Positions 1 to 13,101 of a stretch of DNA of 36,417 nucleotides are shown piece by piece (within the stretch, counting starts at the first letter, position 1; every line of letters starts with the position of its first letter). Origin of the DNA: Octopus bimaculoides (lineage: Eukaryota). A program made the translations under genes and the position numbers. Location: positions 87,417,605 through 87,454,021 of the forward strand of contig NC_068983.1 in NCBI RefSeq assembly GCF_001194135.2. Direction: 5' to 3'. The notes beneath the pieces are model-generated. The model had not been told where the DNA came from. It searched no databases and worked only from the letters and a program-made list of their open reading frames with translations.

Positions 1-367
1 AATTGATTTGCTCCCTAATTAGTTGGGCTATGACCCTCTCTGTAACTTTCATAACCTGATCTAACAGCTTGATGCCTCTGTAATTATTTGTATCTAAAGC
101 GTCACCTTTACCTTTGTAGCAGTTGACTATGATGCTGCTACACCAGTCATTGGGTATGACTCCTTCGTGTATCACCTGGTTCGTAATACGGGTGACTAGG
201 CTATAGCCAACACTGCCAGATATTTTGAGCATCTCTGCAGTGATTCCTGATGGGCCGGGGACTTTCCCGGTCTTCATACTCTTAATTGCTTTATCTACCC
301 TGGTACTATCAACTCGGATAGCTGGTCCCTCTGTTGGGTCGACATACGGCAGGCTCTCTTCCTCCCA
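1..367 (-). mobile_element. RTE-clade LINE fragment (N-terminal part of RT), 5'-truncated, runs off the window edge
   Basis: Open minus frame WEEESLPYVDPTEGPAIRVD...MKTGKVPGPSGITAEMLK...IPNDWCSSIIVNCYKGKGDALDTNNYRGIKLLDQVMKVTERVI; homologous to 4200-4540. Confidence 0.9.
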
Positions 368-1310
368 TAATTAATTATATTTACCTATTGTAAATATTTT
401 TTTAAATACCGATTTTGTTCAAACTGTGAAATTTTGTTTGCCCCTAAAAATAACAAAGAATTAATAGCAGAATATCTGCTACAAATGAATATATTTTAAA
501 TAAACTTTATTAAAAAAATAACGTTATTATTCTAATTAAATATGTAATTTTAATTTTTTTTTACTGAATGAAATTTTTTATTTTAATATGTTTTTAATAT
601 GTACATATTTTCATAAATAAATAGAATAATAAAAATTAATATGAAATCACAAAAGTCATAACTTTTTATGCTCAATATTTTTAAATGAGGTTTTACCAAA
701 ATATTTGTCTAGATGAATTCCTTCATTTGAGTTCAAATAACATTATTTTTCTCTTAAAAAGACAAAAACATTCTGATTTCTTAAAATTATCACCTTTTAC
801 ATCAATTAAAACTTTTTTTGTAACTAATATTTTTTGACAAGGTTTTCACCATAAGATTCTTTTCATAGAGCTCTTTCATCTGGAGTATATCTCAAATGCA
901 GAATAGCTGTGAAAGCAGTTTAGAAGACTGGCTAAATACCCTTTAAAAAACAGACGAGGAAAGCAGCCAGCAAGCCACTACTGAGAATGAAACTCATAGC
1001 AAACTTCTAACCATACAGCTACAACTGCACCTACAATGTGTTGGATTTTCCCCCCTTTTTCCTTTGTGGTATGAGCTGATCCATTTAAAATTTGAACTTA
1101 GTTCACTTTTCTACATCTATGCTATAAGATAATGGATATTTGTTATATTTGTTTGTACTTTTTAAAAACTATGTGTAGCTACAAGATCAAATGAAGTATA
1201 TGAAATACAACATTCAGAATAAACCACTTGAATTTGTATTGCTTGAGTTTGAGTGCAATCAGCAATTCAGTTTTTATTGTTTCATGTACATTTCATGTGT
1301 CTGTATCTAT

Positions 1311-1650
1311 TACTTGTTTCATCATTAGACTGTGGCCATGCTGGGGCACCACTTTGAGGAATTTTTAATTAAATGAATCAACCCCAGTGCTTTTCTCTTT
1401 TTTTTCAGCCTGGTACTTATTCTGTCAGTTTCTTTTTGCTGAAACACTAAGTTACGGTGATGTAAACACACCAAAACCAGTTGTTAAGTGGTGCTAGGAG
1501 ACAAACACAGACACAAAGACACACACACATACACACACAACACACACACACACACACAAATGCACGCACATACATGTGTGCACGCACATGCATACACACA
1601 CACACACACTACCACATGTGATGGGCTTCTTTCAGTTTCTGTCTACCAAA
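1311..1650 (-). mobile_element. tRNA-derived SINE, tail plus internal CA microsatellite, head mostly missing
   Basis: Reverse-complement similarity to the SINE at 19910-20329. Confidence 0.8.
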
Positions 1651-2189
1651 AGAATTTAATTTGCACTCATAGTGGTGTTCACAACTTTATCAATCAGCTG
1701 CTGTTATCTTTGCTTGTCAATAGCATCTTGTCTCTTGGACTTCTCACTTACCTTGCAAGCATCAGCTAGCTGCTTATTAATCTGTCCATTTTACTTCAGT
1801 TTCACCTACTACATATCACAAATTATTGGCTGCCAGCCATAAATCTGATTGGACAGATTTATATTGACATCATCACATCTGTGAGTTGTTTTTACCAGAT
1901 TCCAAATATTTCTACTTGTTTACAAAGGGAAGCATTAGTCAGATGTTTGCTAACATGGCAAAATACCAGTTGTTGTTTACAAATTTTCCTATTTGGAAGT
2001 CAAAAAACTCCAAGTTAAAATCATAGTATAGATCAACTACAAATATGATTTTTTGATTAATACTAGTATATGATATACAATATTTTGAAGTATACTAATC
2101 ATAAACTACATGAAATAATATGTAGAATGAGTAATTATTTGGTATTTCAAAATGATGTTAACAGATTAAGTTTTAAATTAAATTTTTTT

Positions 2190-2465
<276 letters not shown>

Positions 2466-5446
2466 CATTATCCTCCTCATCATCATCATCATTTAACATC
2501 TGTTGTCCATACTGGCATGGGCTGGACAGTTTGACCAGGGCTAGCAAGCTGGAAGGCTGTACTAGACTCCAGTCTGATTTGGCATAGTTTCTATGGCTGG
2601 ATTGCCCTTCCTAACACCAACCACTCCAAGAGTGTAATGGGTGCTTTTACATGTCACTGGCACAGATACCATTTGCGTGACAACAGTATCTGCCATGACT
2701 GCAATTATTTGGCTTGATGGATCTTCTTTTCAAGCACAACATAATGTCAAAGGTCTCAGTCATTGCTTCCATGAGGCCCAGCATTTGAAAGGAGCTCTTC
2801 ATGTGCCACCGGCATCAACCAGTTTGCCTCTATGAGGCCCAACACTTGAAAGGCACTTTTTACATGCCACTGGCATGGATGCTAGTTACATGAATACCAA
2901 TTACATGACACCAGCATCATCCATGACTATGATTTCACTTGGCTTGATGAGTCTTCTTATACACAGCATATCGCCAAAGGTCTTGGTTACTAGTCATTGC
3001 TTCTGTGAGATCCAGAGTTTGAAGATCATGCTTCACCATATTGTCCCATGTCTTCCTGGGTCTACCTCTACTACAGATTCCCTCCACAGTTAGAGATGAG
3101 CACTTCTTTACACAGCTGCTCTCATCCATATGCATCACATGACCATACCAGCACAGTCGTCTCTCTTACACACCACATCTGATGCATTTTATGCCCAACT
3201 TTTCTCTCAAGATGCTTACACTCTGACGAACATGCACACTGCCATTGCACATCCAGCGAAGCATACTGGCTTCATTTCTTTCAACCCTATGCATGTCTTC
3301 AGCTGTTAGAGCCCATGTTTCACTGCCACATAGCATAGCTGTTCACACACAGGCATCATACAATTTGTCTTTCACTCTGGGGGAGAGGCCCTTTGTTGCC
3401 AGCAGAGGTAAAAGCTCTCTGAACTTAGCCCAGCCTAATCTTATTCTCACAGCTATGCTCTCAGAGCATCCACCTCCACTACTAACTTGGTCATCTAGAT
3501 AAAAGAAGCTATCTACTACCTCTAGCTTACCCCAGTGTTAGTTGATGGAGTCTATTTTCTATACATTTTCAGTATTTATTGTACTTCTTATGTGTCCATA
3601 GTTTATACTGGGTTCATCTTATGGAGTTTCTACCTATGCCTTTTCTACAAATCGAACAGGGCCATCTACCTGAAAAGATTTGTGATTTGTCTACCTTCCT
3701 CCTTACTAAGACTTTGGTTTTTGCTAGGTTAACTCTAAGGCCCTTCGATTCTAGACCTTGCTTCCATACCTGAAACTTCTTTAGTTCTGATAGTGATTCA
3801 GCTATAAGAACAAGGTCATCAGCATAGAGGAGCTCCCAGGGGCAGCCTGTCTTGAATTCCTCTGTTATTGCCAGGAGGACTATGATGAACAAGAGGGGTC
3901 TGAGCACTGATCTTTGGTGAACCCCTACTTGTACCCTGAATTCTTCGCCATACTCATTGTTAACCCTCACCTTACTGGTAGCGTCTCTGTACATAGCTTG
4001 CACAGCTCTCACCAACCACTCATCTATCCCTAGTTTCCACATCAACCATTAGATAAGGGATCTGGGGACCTTGTCAAAGGCTTTTTCCAAGTCAAAAAAA
4101 AGCCAAATACAGAGGTTTGTCTTTGGCTATATATTTCTCCTGCAGCTGCTTTACTACAAATATAGCATCAATGGTGCTTCTCCCTGGCACAAAATCAAAC
4201 TGCATCTTATCTAGACTAACTCTCTCTCTAATTTGTTAGGCTATGACCCTCTCCCTAACTTTCATCACCTGATCCAACAATTTGATACCTCTGTAATTAT
4301 TTCTATCTAAGGCATCACCTTTACCTTTGTAGCAGTTAACTATAGTGCTGCTACACCAGCCATTGGGTATGACTCCTTCATGAACCACCAGATATTTTAA
4401 GCATCTCAGCAGTGATTCCTGATGGGCCAGGGTCTTTCTCTGTCTTCATATCCTTAATTGCTTTATCTACCAAGGTACTGTTGATTCAGAAAGCTGGTTC
4501 CTCAGTTGGGTCATCATTTGGCAGACCCTCCTCATCCCATTCATTCTCCATGTTCAGCAATTCAGCAGTCTTTCATAATGGCATTTCCATGCCTTTTTCT
4601 TTGCAGAATCATTAAATGCAAGTGCGCCATCATCCATGTGTACACATTTCTCTCCTCCTATGGCATCATAATTTTCTCTCACACACTGTCTTCCAATCTG
4701 AAACACTGTTTGGTCCTCATGTTACTAAACATAGGCTAACTTCTTCTTTTTCACTTCTCCCTTGGCTAGATATACCTGTCTCCTAGCTTCCCATCTGGCT
4801 ATCTGATACAGTTTCCTGCTACCTACACTCTTCCAGGCCTTTCAGGCTTGTTTCTTTGCTCAAATGACTCTGTCTACAGCATCGTTCCACCACCACGTTT
4901 CCCTAGGTCTGGATGGGATTTTGCACTAGCTGCAGATTTGGTCTGTGGTACTCAGCAAGCTATCCCACAGGAATTCCCAGTTGCTCTCTATGTCATAAGT
5001 CTGTAGGTTATGAGGTGGCTGGTTGGCTTCCAGAAGTTCGTGTTGCAGATCAAAAGGTTGTTTGCATCACAAAACTCCAGTAGCCTTGTTCCTTCTTCAT
5101 TTCAGGAACCAATTCCATAGCCCCCATGTACACCATGGAAGATACCAGGCTGTCATCTGATATGCTCATTGATATCCTCAGCTACGATGATGAGATCATT
5201 GTCATTCATCTTTGAGGCAGCTTGCAAAAGAATATCATATACGTGGTCCTTTTGTTCTTTTGGTAGGCCCGCTTGTGGGGTGTTGGCAGATATAATTGTC
5301 ATTATACTATTCTGCAAGACTAGTCTGAGCTTAAGTACTCTATCACACACTCTGACTACCTCTATGACCTTATCCACCCATTTCTCTGCAAGAAGTATGC
5401 CCACACCACCTACTCCATCAGTGTTACCTTCCCAGAAAATTTTATA

Positions 5447-5449
<3 letters not shown>
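2466..5449 (-). mobile_element. RTE-clade LINE, 5'-truncated within the APE domain, degenerate ORF (APE-RT) plus 3'UTR and (ATG)n tail
   Basis: APE YKIFWEGNTDGVGGVGILLAEKWVDKVIEV (5153-5449); RT GVHQRSVLRPLLF...LLYADDLVLIAE...GLRVNLAKTKVL (3614-4045); C-terminal RGRPRKTWDNMV (2935-3138); catcatcat tail at ~2480; multiple stops and frameshifts. Confidence 0.93.
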
Positions 5450-5480
<31 letters not shown>

Positions 5481-5483
<3 letters not shown>

Positions 5484-6030
5484 TCATCATCGTTTAACGT
5501 TCACTTTCTATGCTAGCATGGGTTGGACGATTTGACTGAGGACTGGCGAACCAGATGGTTGCACCAGGCTCCAATCTGATCTGGCAGAGTTTCTACAGAT
5601 GGATGCCCTTCCTAACGCCAATCACTCCCAGAGTGTAGCGGGTGCTCTTACGTGTCACTGGCACGAGGGCCAGTCTGTCGGTAGTGGCAACAGCCACGTT
5701 CAAATGGTGTTTTTTACGTGCCACCTGCACCGGAGTCAGTCAAGCGGCACTGACAATGACCTCGCTCAAATGTTTTGTTCACGTGCCACCAGCACAAGTG
5801 CCGGTAAGGTGACACTGGTAACAATCATGCTCAAATGGTACTTTATACGTGCCACTGGGATGGAAGCCAGACAGCTGCTCGGACGGTGCTGTTAGTGCTC
5901 CACAGGCACAGGTGTCAGTCATCGAATTTGATTCAATTTTGATTTCACTTGCCCCAACAGGTCTTCGCAAGCAGAGTTTAGTGTCCAATGAAGGAAGGTT
6001 GGCATGGGTGCCAGTCGTCAAACTTGGTTC
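5481..6030 (-). mobile_element. RTE-family 3'UTR-only insertion (related subfamily) with internal ~66-bp tandem units
   Basis: Same terminal sequence (catcatcat-ttaac...ggatgcccttcctaac) as 2466-2650; acgtg(c/t)cac units at 5650, 5716, 5781, 5847. Confidence 0.8.
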
Positions 6031-6190
6031 GATATATGATGGGTTTCTTTCAGTTTCCATCTACCAAATCCACTCACAAAGCTTTGGTTGGTCTGAGGCT
6101 ATACCTAAAGATATTTGCCCAAGGTGCCACACAGTGGGACGGAACCCAGAATCATGTGGTGGGAAGCAAGCTTCTTACTACATAGCCACT
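6031..6190 (-). mobile_element. tRNA-derived SINE 5' head
   Basis: Reverse complement of the 19910-20057 head (ttgcccaaggtgccac...gaaccc...gcaagcttcttac). Confidence 0.85.
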
Positions 6191-6868
6191 GGAAATTCAT
6201 TGTATTTTCTAAGGAGTGTACTTTTCATCTTTGCTACTGATAAAGTTGTTCAAATTCATTTCAATTCAGATTTAAAAGTACTTACTGATAGATATCTATC
6301 TTATTAAAAATAATATTGATGAATTTCATTTCTTCACTAGACTGGCAATAGTTAGAACTCTTAGCAATTTTGATAATGCTCTATTTTCTATATAAGCTTT
6401 GGTACAATACTTACTGTGAGTTGGAAAACTGGTCAAGTTGTTTGGGCTGACAGTATTCATTCTGCCTCTGTAATTTGAGTTTAAATACCATCAAGTTAGC
6501 TTTACCTTTCATCCCTTTTTTGGTAGATAAAATATCAATACTTGAGAAAGAGAGACTATTTTCTGTCTTTCTGGAAGAGTTGAACGTGTTGGGTTTTCCA
6601 GGTTTAAATGCCCAAAACACACCACATGGCATGATAATGTCCCTACAACCCCAACAAGAGTTCACATCAATCACTATACTATTATTAATGTCATATAATA
6701 TTGATACTCTTTTAGACTATGTTAAGTCCACTTTATTTTGGGCTCTGCTAGACTTACTCATCATGTACTAAATGAAAACTAACTGTCAGTAGAGATCCAA
6801 CAGGGTACTTTTATAGATTGTAGTGAACTATGATATATGCTTCACTATACTTGAATGACAATCAAACT

Positions 6869-6869
<1 letters not shown>

Positions 6870-6905
<36 letters not shown>

Positions 6906-6985
6906 TGTATGTATGTAGGTAGGTAGGTAGGTAGGTAGGTATGTAGGTAGGTGGGTAGGTAGGTAAGTAGGTAGGTGGGTGGGTG
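6870..6985. repeat. (TATG)n/(TAGG)n microsatellite
   Basis: Directly visible. Confidence 0.95.
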
Positions 6986-8214
6986 AAAACAGTTTGATTC
7001 AAATTCCTTGATACTTTAAGTTTCAAAGCGTGGTGCTAATCCTCAGCCATTGGAAATTTGAATAAGAAATCAGTTGGAGAAAGTTAATTGTTATTACCAG
7101 AAGGTGGGCTGCAATTGGTTACCTAATTATATTACTTCCAAGAAAAGTTGACCTCAGGCCTCAATATAATCAACATTAGAATTAATAAACATTTTCAACA
7201 AAATTTTTAAATTTTCATGTAAAATGGGAAATATTTCTTTGCACCTATAATTTCATTTATAATTTCCTTTCAAAGTTTGAGTTATTTGTAACTTGTGTTT
7301 TCAGTTGATAAATAGTGAGAGCTCAAAACATTCAAGGAAAACAGCTGAGGAAGATTTTTCATAATACATTCCTATAAATGGTTCTTGTTTTTTACAGGCA
7401 ATATGCAAGATTTTAAAGACAATACTGGAGTTTATTATCCAGTATTTCACAAAGTTAAATTAGTAATGTCTTCCCCTTAGATAAGAACATCAGATGCTAA
7501 ACCACTATCACTTTTTGGAGGCTCTCAACTCAGAAATGCTACTAAGGAGATATTCATTGAATGTACAATATTCTTAAAGCATACACAAGTCATGAGAACA
7601 TAAAATAACAAAATGAACTGAACTGCTGAGAGATAATTGCTTTTGTTCAGAATACAGTGCAACACCCATGACTTAAAATAAACCATCAGATCAACTGGTT
7701 AATCATTCAACCACGGTAGTGGTTGAATATATTAAGTCCACCATTTCATCAATCACAGCAGCTTCCAAGCTTCACCACTAATTCAATTCTCGACTAAATT
7801 GCAAACTGTTAATAGTTTTAAAGAGGACACCTCCTCAGTTACACTTTGGCACAAATAGTTTGAGATTTGGTTCAGAAGAAAAAAGTTACATCAAAATATC
7901 TGCAACCTCAAAGAGGGCAGTAAAGCAGATATTCATCTTCAATTAACATAAATTTTAAAATTTTAAATTAAAAGTATACCTTTCTTAGGCTTAAATGATA
8001 GAAAAATGCATGAGGAATTCAGAATTGCTAGTTGCATTGAACAAAAATTAGTAGAAAAAGAGTTATGAGGTAAAATGTTACGAAATTTCATATCAGTAAG
8101 TAAGGAAGTAGGGGAGTAACACTTAAGCAATAAGAATAAAGAATATAGTTCTAAAATGAATGCTTACTGTCTAAGGTGGCAAGCTAGCAGGACCGTTAGT
8201 GCACCAGGTGAAAT

Positions 8215-8620
8215 GCTTAATGGCATTTTGTCTGTCTTAATGTTTTGGGGTTCAAATTTCGCCGAGGTCGACTTTGACGTACAGATTATTTAATTCATTT
8301 CTTTTAGCTAAACACTTTCAAACTTCAGATACTGGTAGAATATGTCACATATAACAGGGTTTATTCTTAACGTTTTTGACAAAATTTAGTATTCTAGGAG
8401 CGGTATTTCGTCTGTCTTTACATTCTAAGTTCAAATTCTGCTGTGATCGACTTTGCCTTTCATCCATTTCGGATCTATTCAATTAGACGTACAGATTATT
8501 TAATTCATTTTTTTTAACTAAACACTTTCAAACTTCCAATACTGTTAGAATGTGTCACATAGAACAGGGTTTACTCTTAACGTTTCTGACAAAATTTTAT
8601 ATTTTAGAAGTTATTTCGCC
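8215..8620 (+). repeat. Tandem duplication of a SINE-head/other-repeat chimera (two ~180-215 bp units)
   Basis: gacgtacagattatttaattcatt...aaacactttcaaactt...gacaaaattt occurs at ~8276 and ~8486, each preceded by SINE-head sequence (gttcaaatt...cgactttg). Confidence 0.8.
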
Positions 8621-8761
8621 ACAAGTTACAGAGTGACAATGGACAAATTTGTGTTTGATAAGTGCCAATACATGAAACTCTCAGCTTTTGACTTATTCTC
8701 TAACTTCTGCCAATGATATATATATACAAATTACATATATGTGTAAAAGAAATCTCATCCC

Positions 8762-8961
8762 GCAATCAAACCAATGAAAGAGCCTCTACTTAGTCGCTCG
8801 ACATGCTCAAAATAGCAGCCAAAGTATCCCCTACCTAAATCACACGCCCATTGTATGTAATGTCCAAGATTATCCCGAGAAAGACGGTTTTCTGAAGGCT
8901 GGAATGTCTTTGGTGATACGTTTGCAGTATCAGGGTTTATTTGAGGCTAAATAACAACAAC
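8762..8961 (+). mobile_element. Retroposon 3' end with (AAC)n tail
   Basis: CpG-richer block ending gctaaataacaacaac; resembles a common cephalopod interspersed repeat (recognition only). Confidence 0.5.
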
Positions 8962-9492
8962 ATTATGGTCAATTTCTATATTAACACGTGCATGATTTTC
9001 ACTACGAAAAAAATTGGATTTTTTGCATGGAATCAAGTACCCTGGCCTCCTAATATGCTGAAAATCCCTTATTTTGGTTCGAAAAAAATGAAGTGGGGTT
9101 CCTCCCCCCACACACACAATCCCGAAATCATTGGAAATTTTTTTTTCGTTGAATGAATTCCTATGGCCTCCTAATATTGCAAAATCAGGTTACTTAAGGT
9201 GAGCCTAGTAACTGATGGTTTTGGGGTCTTGTTGTTTGTAACTTTTGGTCAGCCATGGTGCAAGCAACAACATGGTAAAAATTCCAGCCATTAATTTGGT
9301 GTGGATGGGTAATATCAAATAATTCAATCACAACATATATTTAAATTAAACACGAAAAAAATTGAAATATTATCATCACTTACATGGAAAAATTGAAATA
9401 TTATCTTTCAGTAGTTTATAAGGTAAAATCTTAAATTGTTAATTGACACATTATTAATTATCTTATAACAGCAATGCCTGGAAAAATCATGG

Positions 9493-10014
9493 ATTACATG
9501 GAAAAATGCGAGCATGAAAAGTCATATTCTTAAGATTATAAACATGGAAAAGTACAGGACAAGTTATTACACCTGTAAAAGTATAGGACAAGCTATTACT
9601 TCTAGTAAAGTAAAGAATAAGAAACTTTTTACTTAAAATATTGCAGCTAAAATTAAAATTTGAATATTAAAACTTATTTTATTATAGTTTACAAATAATA
9701 CTATACTTATTTAAGTAAAATTTGGCTAACTTACTACCTTAAATACAGAAAAAAAGTGACTAATTAGACAAACTTACAAATCAGCTGAAAAGTTTTGTAC
9801 AATAAATTTAAAAGATGAGAACTGTAAAGAGTGATAAATTAGAAGAACTGGCATTCTATGCTGCAATATTTTAAGTAAGGAGTTTCTTATTCTTTACTTT
9901 ACTAGAAGTAATAGCTTGTCCTATACTTTTACAGGTGTAATAACTTGTCCTGTACTTTTCCAGGTTTATAATCTTAAGAATATGACTTTTCATGCTTGCA
10001 TTTTGCCATGTAAT
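9493..10014. repeat. Long inverted repeat: 155-bp arms (9493-9647, 9860-10014), 212-bp spacer
   Basis: Manual alignment gives 5 mismatches in 155 bp and no gaps. Confidence 0.95.
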
Positions 10015-10294
10015 GATATATTAACATCCCTTTCTGGTATGACGTTCAAAAAGTCATTAAGTAAACTTTTATTCTATTTGTAATAGAAAGAAGGGTACAA
10101 ATTTCAAACTGCTGTGATGTGGCATAAATGTTTTGATTATATCTGCTGATATAAATTGATAAATACATTTGAAAGTTTTGCACACAGTAATAGCTTGCTG
10201 GTTGGAACCTGTTTCATCAAGAGAGTTGAATACTCATATATGGTTGATGTAATACAATAGCATATTACTTTGACACAGGTATATTAAGAAGTTC

Positions 10295-10385
10295 ACTTCA
10301 GAACCCTCTGGTTTCAGGTTCAGTTTCCCAGCATAGCATCTTGGACAAATGTCTTCCAAAACAGATCAAAGCCTTGTGACAAACT
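10295..10385 (+). mobile_element. Degenerate SINE head fragment
   Basis: ggttcagtttccc...tcttggacaaatgtcttcc...caaagccttgtga resembles the 19910 SINE head. Confidence 0.55.
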
Positions 10386-10425
10386 GCACTAAATAAAACA
10401 CACACACACACACACACATACACAC

Positions 10426-11268
10426 ATGAGGTGTTCCCGGACTCCCTTCGAAATATCTTATGTAGCAATACACTGATCCCACTTTTGGAATTTGACCTAG
10501 AAGTAATTTTCTGTAGACAAGTCGAGGACATTCTGCAATTCACTCTGGTTCTCAACAATGGTGTTAAAACAGCAACCTTTGAGCTACGTTTTCATCTTGG
10601 GGAAGAGATGGAAGTCTGCAGGTGCTAAATCTGGTGAATAGGGTGAGTGTGGAAGTGATACCACATTGTTCTTTGCGAGAAAGTTACAAGTGAGGAGAAT
10701 TCAGTAACAGGATGCATTGTCATCATCAAGAATCCAATTCTTCATGCTTCACAGATTCAGTCACTTTCACCAAATGTCCTCCTTCAGAGGTTTCAAAACA
10801 TCACAATACAACTCTAAATTGATAGTCTGGCCCTGGAGGATGAATTCTCAATGCACAATACCACATTTCTGGGAGTGACGCTTGTGGCAGGTCTTCCAGA
10901 TTGTTCGTCATCTTCCAAGGATGTTCTCCTGCTTTTGAAGCACCCATGTCACTTGAAACATTGCATACAACTCATTGCCTCATCACCATAAGCATACTGA
11001 AGCATGCTCAAAGTCTCTGTAGTAGACTTCCCAAGTTTAACACAAAATTTCATGTTGGCTCTTTGTTCTGGCCCATGACAAAATCACCGACTACATCATA
11101 TACATGATCATAAAAACACAAATTTCACAACTTGAAAGTAAACACAGTGATGTCACTTGGTACCCTGCCTCACGAAGGCCATTGCTAGCTCTCACTGTGC
11201 ATGCAACCATGTGCTGCCATCTGTTGACGTACTACAAAACTCGTCTGGAAATTTTTTGATGCCACCTC

Positions 11269-11271
<3 letters not shown>
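10426..11271 (-). mobile_element. Mariner transposon remnant, internally deleted
   Basis: Minus frame YSPDLAPADFHLFPKMKT; ends atgaggtg...ttcccggact and ggaaattttttgatgccacctcg-TA form partial TIRs. Confidence 0.85.
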
Positions 11272-11321
<50 letters not shown>

Positions 11322-11604
11322 ATTTGTATTTAAAAAGAATTAATTAAATAACTATTGGACATATGCTAATATTTTACCATAACAGATACAATAAATATCT
11401 ATTATTTTATCAGCAACTGAAATCAAAATATTTAAAATTATGAAAAATATAGAATGAGTGATAAAACAAAACATGGGAAACAATTATGACAAAATAAAAT
11501 ATGGAAAAGAGAAAGATGAAAAATGTATAATAAATTAATGTATACAGACACATATACATACCTACATGGATAGACATACATAACAAATATACATATGTAT
11601 GTAT

Positions 11605-11641
11605 TTATCTGTCTGTGTCTCTGTCTGTCTGTGTCTGTGTC

Positions 11642-11692
<51 letters not shown>

Positions 11693-11748
11693 ATCTGTCT
11701 GTCTGTCTGTCTGTCTCTATAGATATATACACACACACACATACACAT
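11605..11748. repeat. (TCTG)n/(TC)n/(CA)n compound microsatellite
   Basis: Directly visible. Confidence 0.95.
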
Positions 11749-13035
11749 ATAGGCTGACAATGAAAGAGTGATGCTAGAGCAGTGAAATCTTACATGCATT
11801 TACTTCAACCCTTCTTATTAATAACTGCATTGTTTCTCTCCAGGTAAACTGACATCTCAATGTTCAAAGAATACTTTCAAAGGAACTAGTAGCGACTTCT
11901 CTTAAAAATGAATAAAATTTGACATCGTGGTATTATCAAGTACCTGTTAAAAAAAGATCTGCCGCCCAATGACATTCATATTGACATGGTTGCTACATTA
12001 GGGGATGATGCCCTAATGCAAAAGTGGGCAGCTGAATTTAGGAGGTTAACAGAAAGTGTTGAAGATAACTCAATGTCTGGACATCTTCCAACAGCCAATA
12101 ACTGGGGAAACATTGATCGTATTCACCACATGGTGATGGATTATACCACATGGTTCACCATATGGTGATGGCAATTGACTATAAATCAAATAGCCAATGC
12201 TATTAGTATATCCCATAAGAGAGTTGAGAATATTCTTCTGCACAACGAACTTGACATGATGGAAGTTTCTACTCGATGGGTGCTACATCGGACACCTGAT
12301 CAAGAGTACACCAAGCTGATCACATGACAGGAAAATCTGACATAGTTTGAGGCAGATTCAGGTGGTTTCCTTGAATATTTCCTAATCCTGAATGAATGTT
12401 GGCTTGACTTCATCACTTTGAACCAGAGACAAAGAGACAATCCATGCAGTGGAAGCACCCCCTCCTCACCCACTACAAAAAGGCCAAAGTCATTTCATCA
12501 GCAGGGAAGGTGATGGCCTCAGCTTTTTGGGATCAAAATGCATTAAGTTTATTGAGTTTCTCCAAAAGGGTCACTCCATCAATGGAGAGTTCAATACCAA
12601 CTTGCTGAGGCAGTTACGAAAGGCTATCAAGACCAAACACTCAAGAAAACTGACAGAAAATGTCTTGTTACAACAGAACAATGCTCCAGCATACATGTCT
12701 TTGCTTTCAATGGCTGCTGTGTATGACTGAGGCTTTCAGCTGGTTGGTCACCCTCCCAGTTCTCCTGATTTGGCCCCATCTGACAATCAGCTGTTCCCAA
12801 CATGGAAAAATGTTTGGTTGGGAACCAGTATTGCTGTGATGATGACATCATATCTACCATTGATGATATTTTGGATCAATAGAATGAAAGCTTCTCCAAT
12901 GGGATTGAAGCACTGCAACACCAATGGAAGAAGTATGTGAACTGCAAGGGAGATGATGTTGAAAACAAACCTCATTTGGTCACATTCCATGAAAGTGTCA
13001 TGGTCAGCCTTTGAACTTTTCAGCCGAACCTCATA
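11749..13035 (+). mobile_element. Near full-length mariner transposon with pseudogenised DD34D-type transposase
   Basis: QKWAAEF (HTH region); HHFEPETKRQSMQWKH; AGKVMASAFWD; LLQQNNAPAY; HPPSSPDLAPSD; right TIR gtcagcctttgaacttttcagccgaacctc-TA; left end keeps only the inner ataggctgac. Confidence 0.92.
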
Positions 13036-13101
13036 GAAGGTAACTCTTGACTTTTTCTAGTGAAAGGGTACATGCAAATATACACATATATACATACATG
13101 A

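Noticed and set aside
869-1135. Long near-open + frame (SSLEDWLNTL*KTDEESSQQ)
   Set aside because: In-frame stop, no recognisable domain, no convincing splice pair
1488-1769. HT-, CV-, YI- and I-repeat ORFs (also at 2317, 11605, 13808, 34761, 34846)
   Set aside because: Translations of microsatellites
1751-1780. Minus micro-exon INKQLADACK with a strong donor
   Set aside because: Purine-rich acceptor and no supporting neighbouring exons
5650-5860. Regularly spaced repeats superficially like a CRISPR array
   Set aside because: Eukaryotic context, degenerate units within a LINE 3'UTR, no unique spacers and no cas genes
6411-6716. Minus ORF ending at a gtaagt donor-like site
   Set aside because: Weak acceptor, no homology recognised, cannot be linked to a gene model
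7300-7600. Plus-strand acceptor sites with short open frames
   Set aside because: Implied intron is under 40 bp and no coherent chain forms
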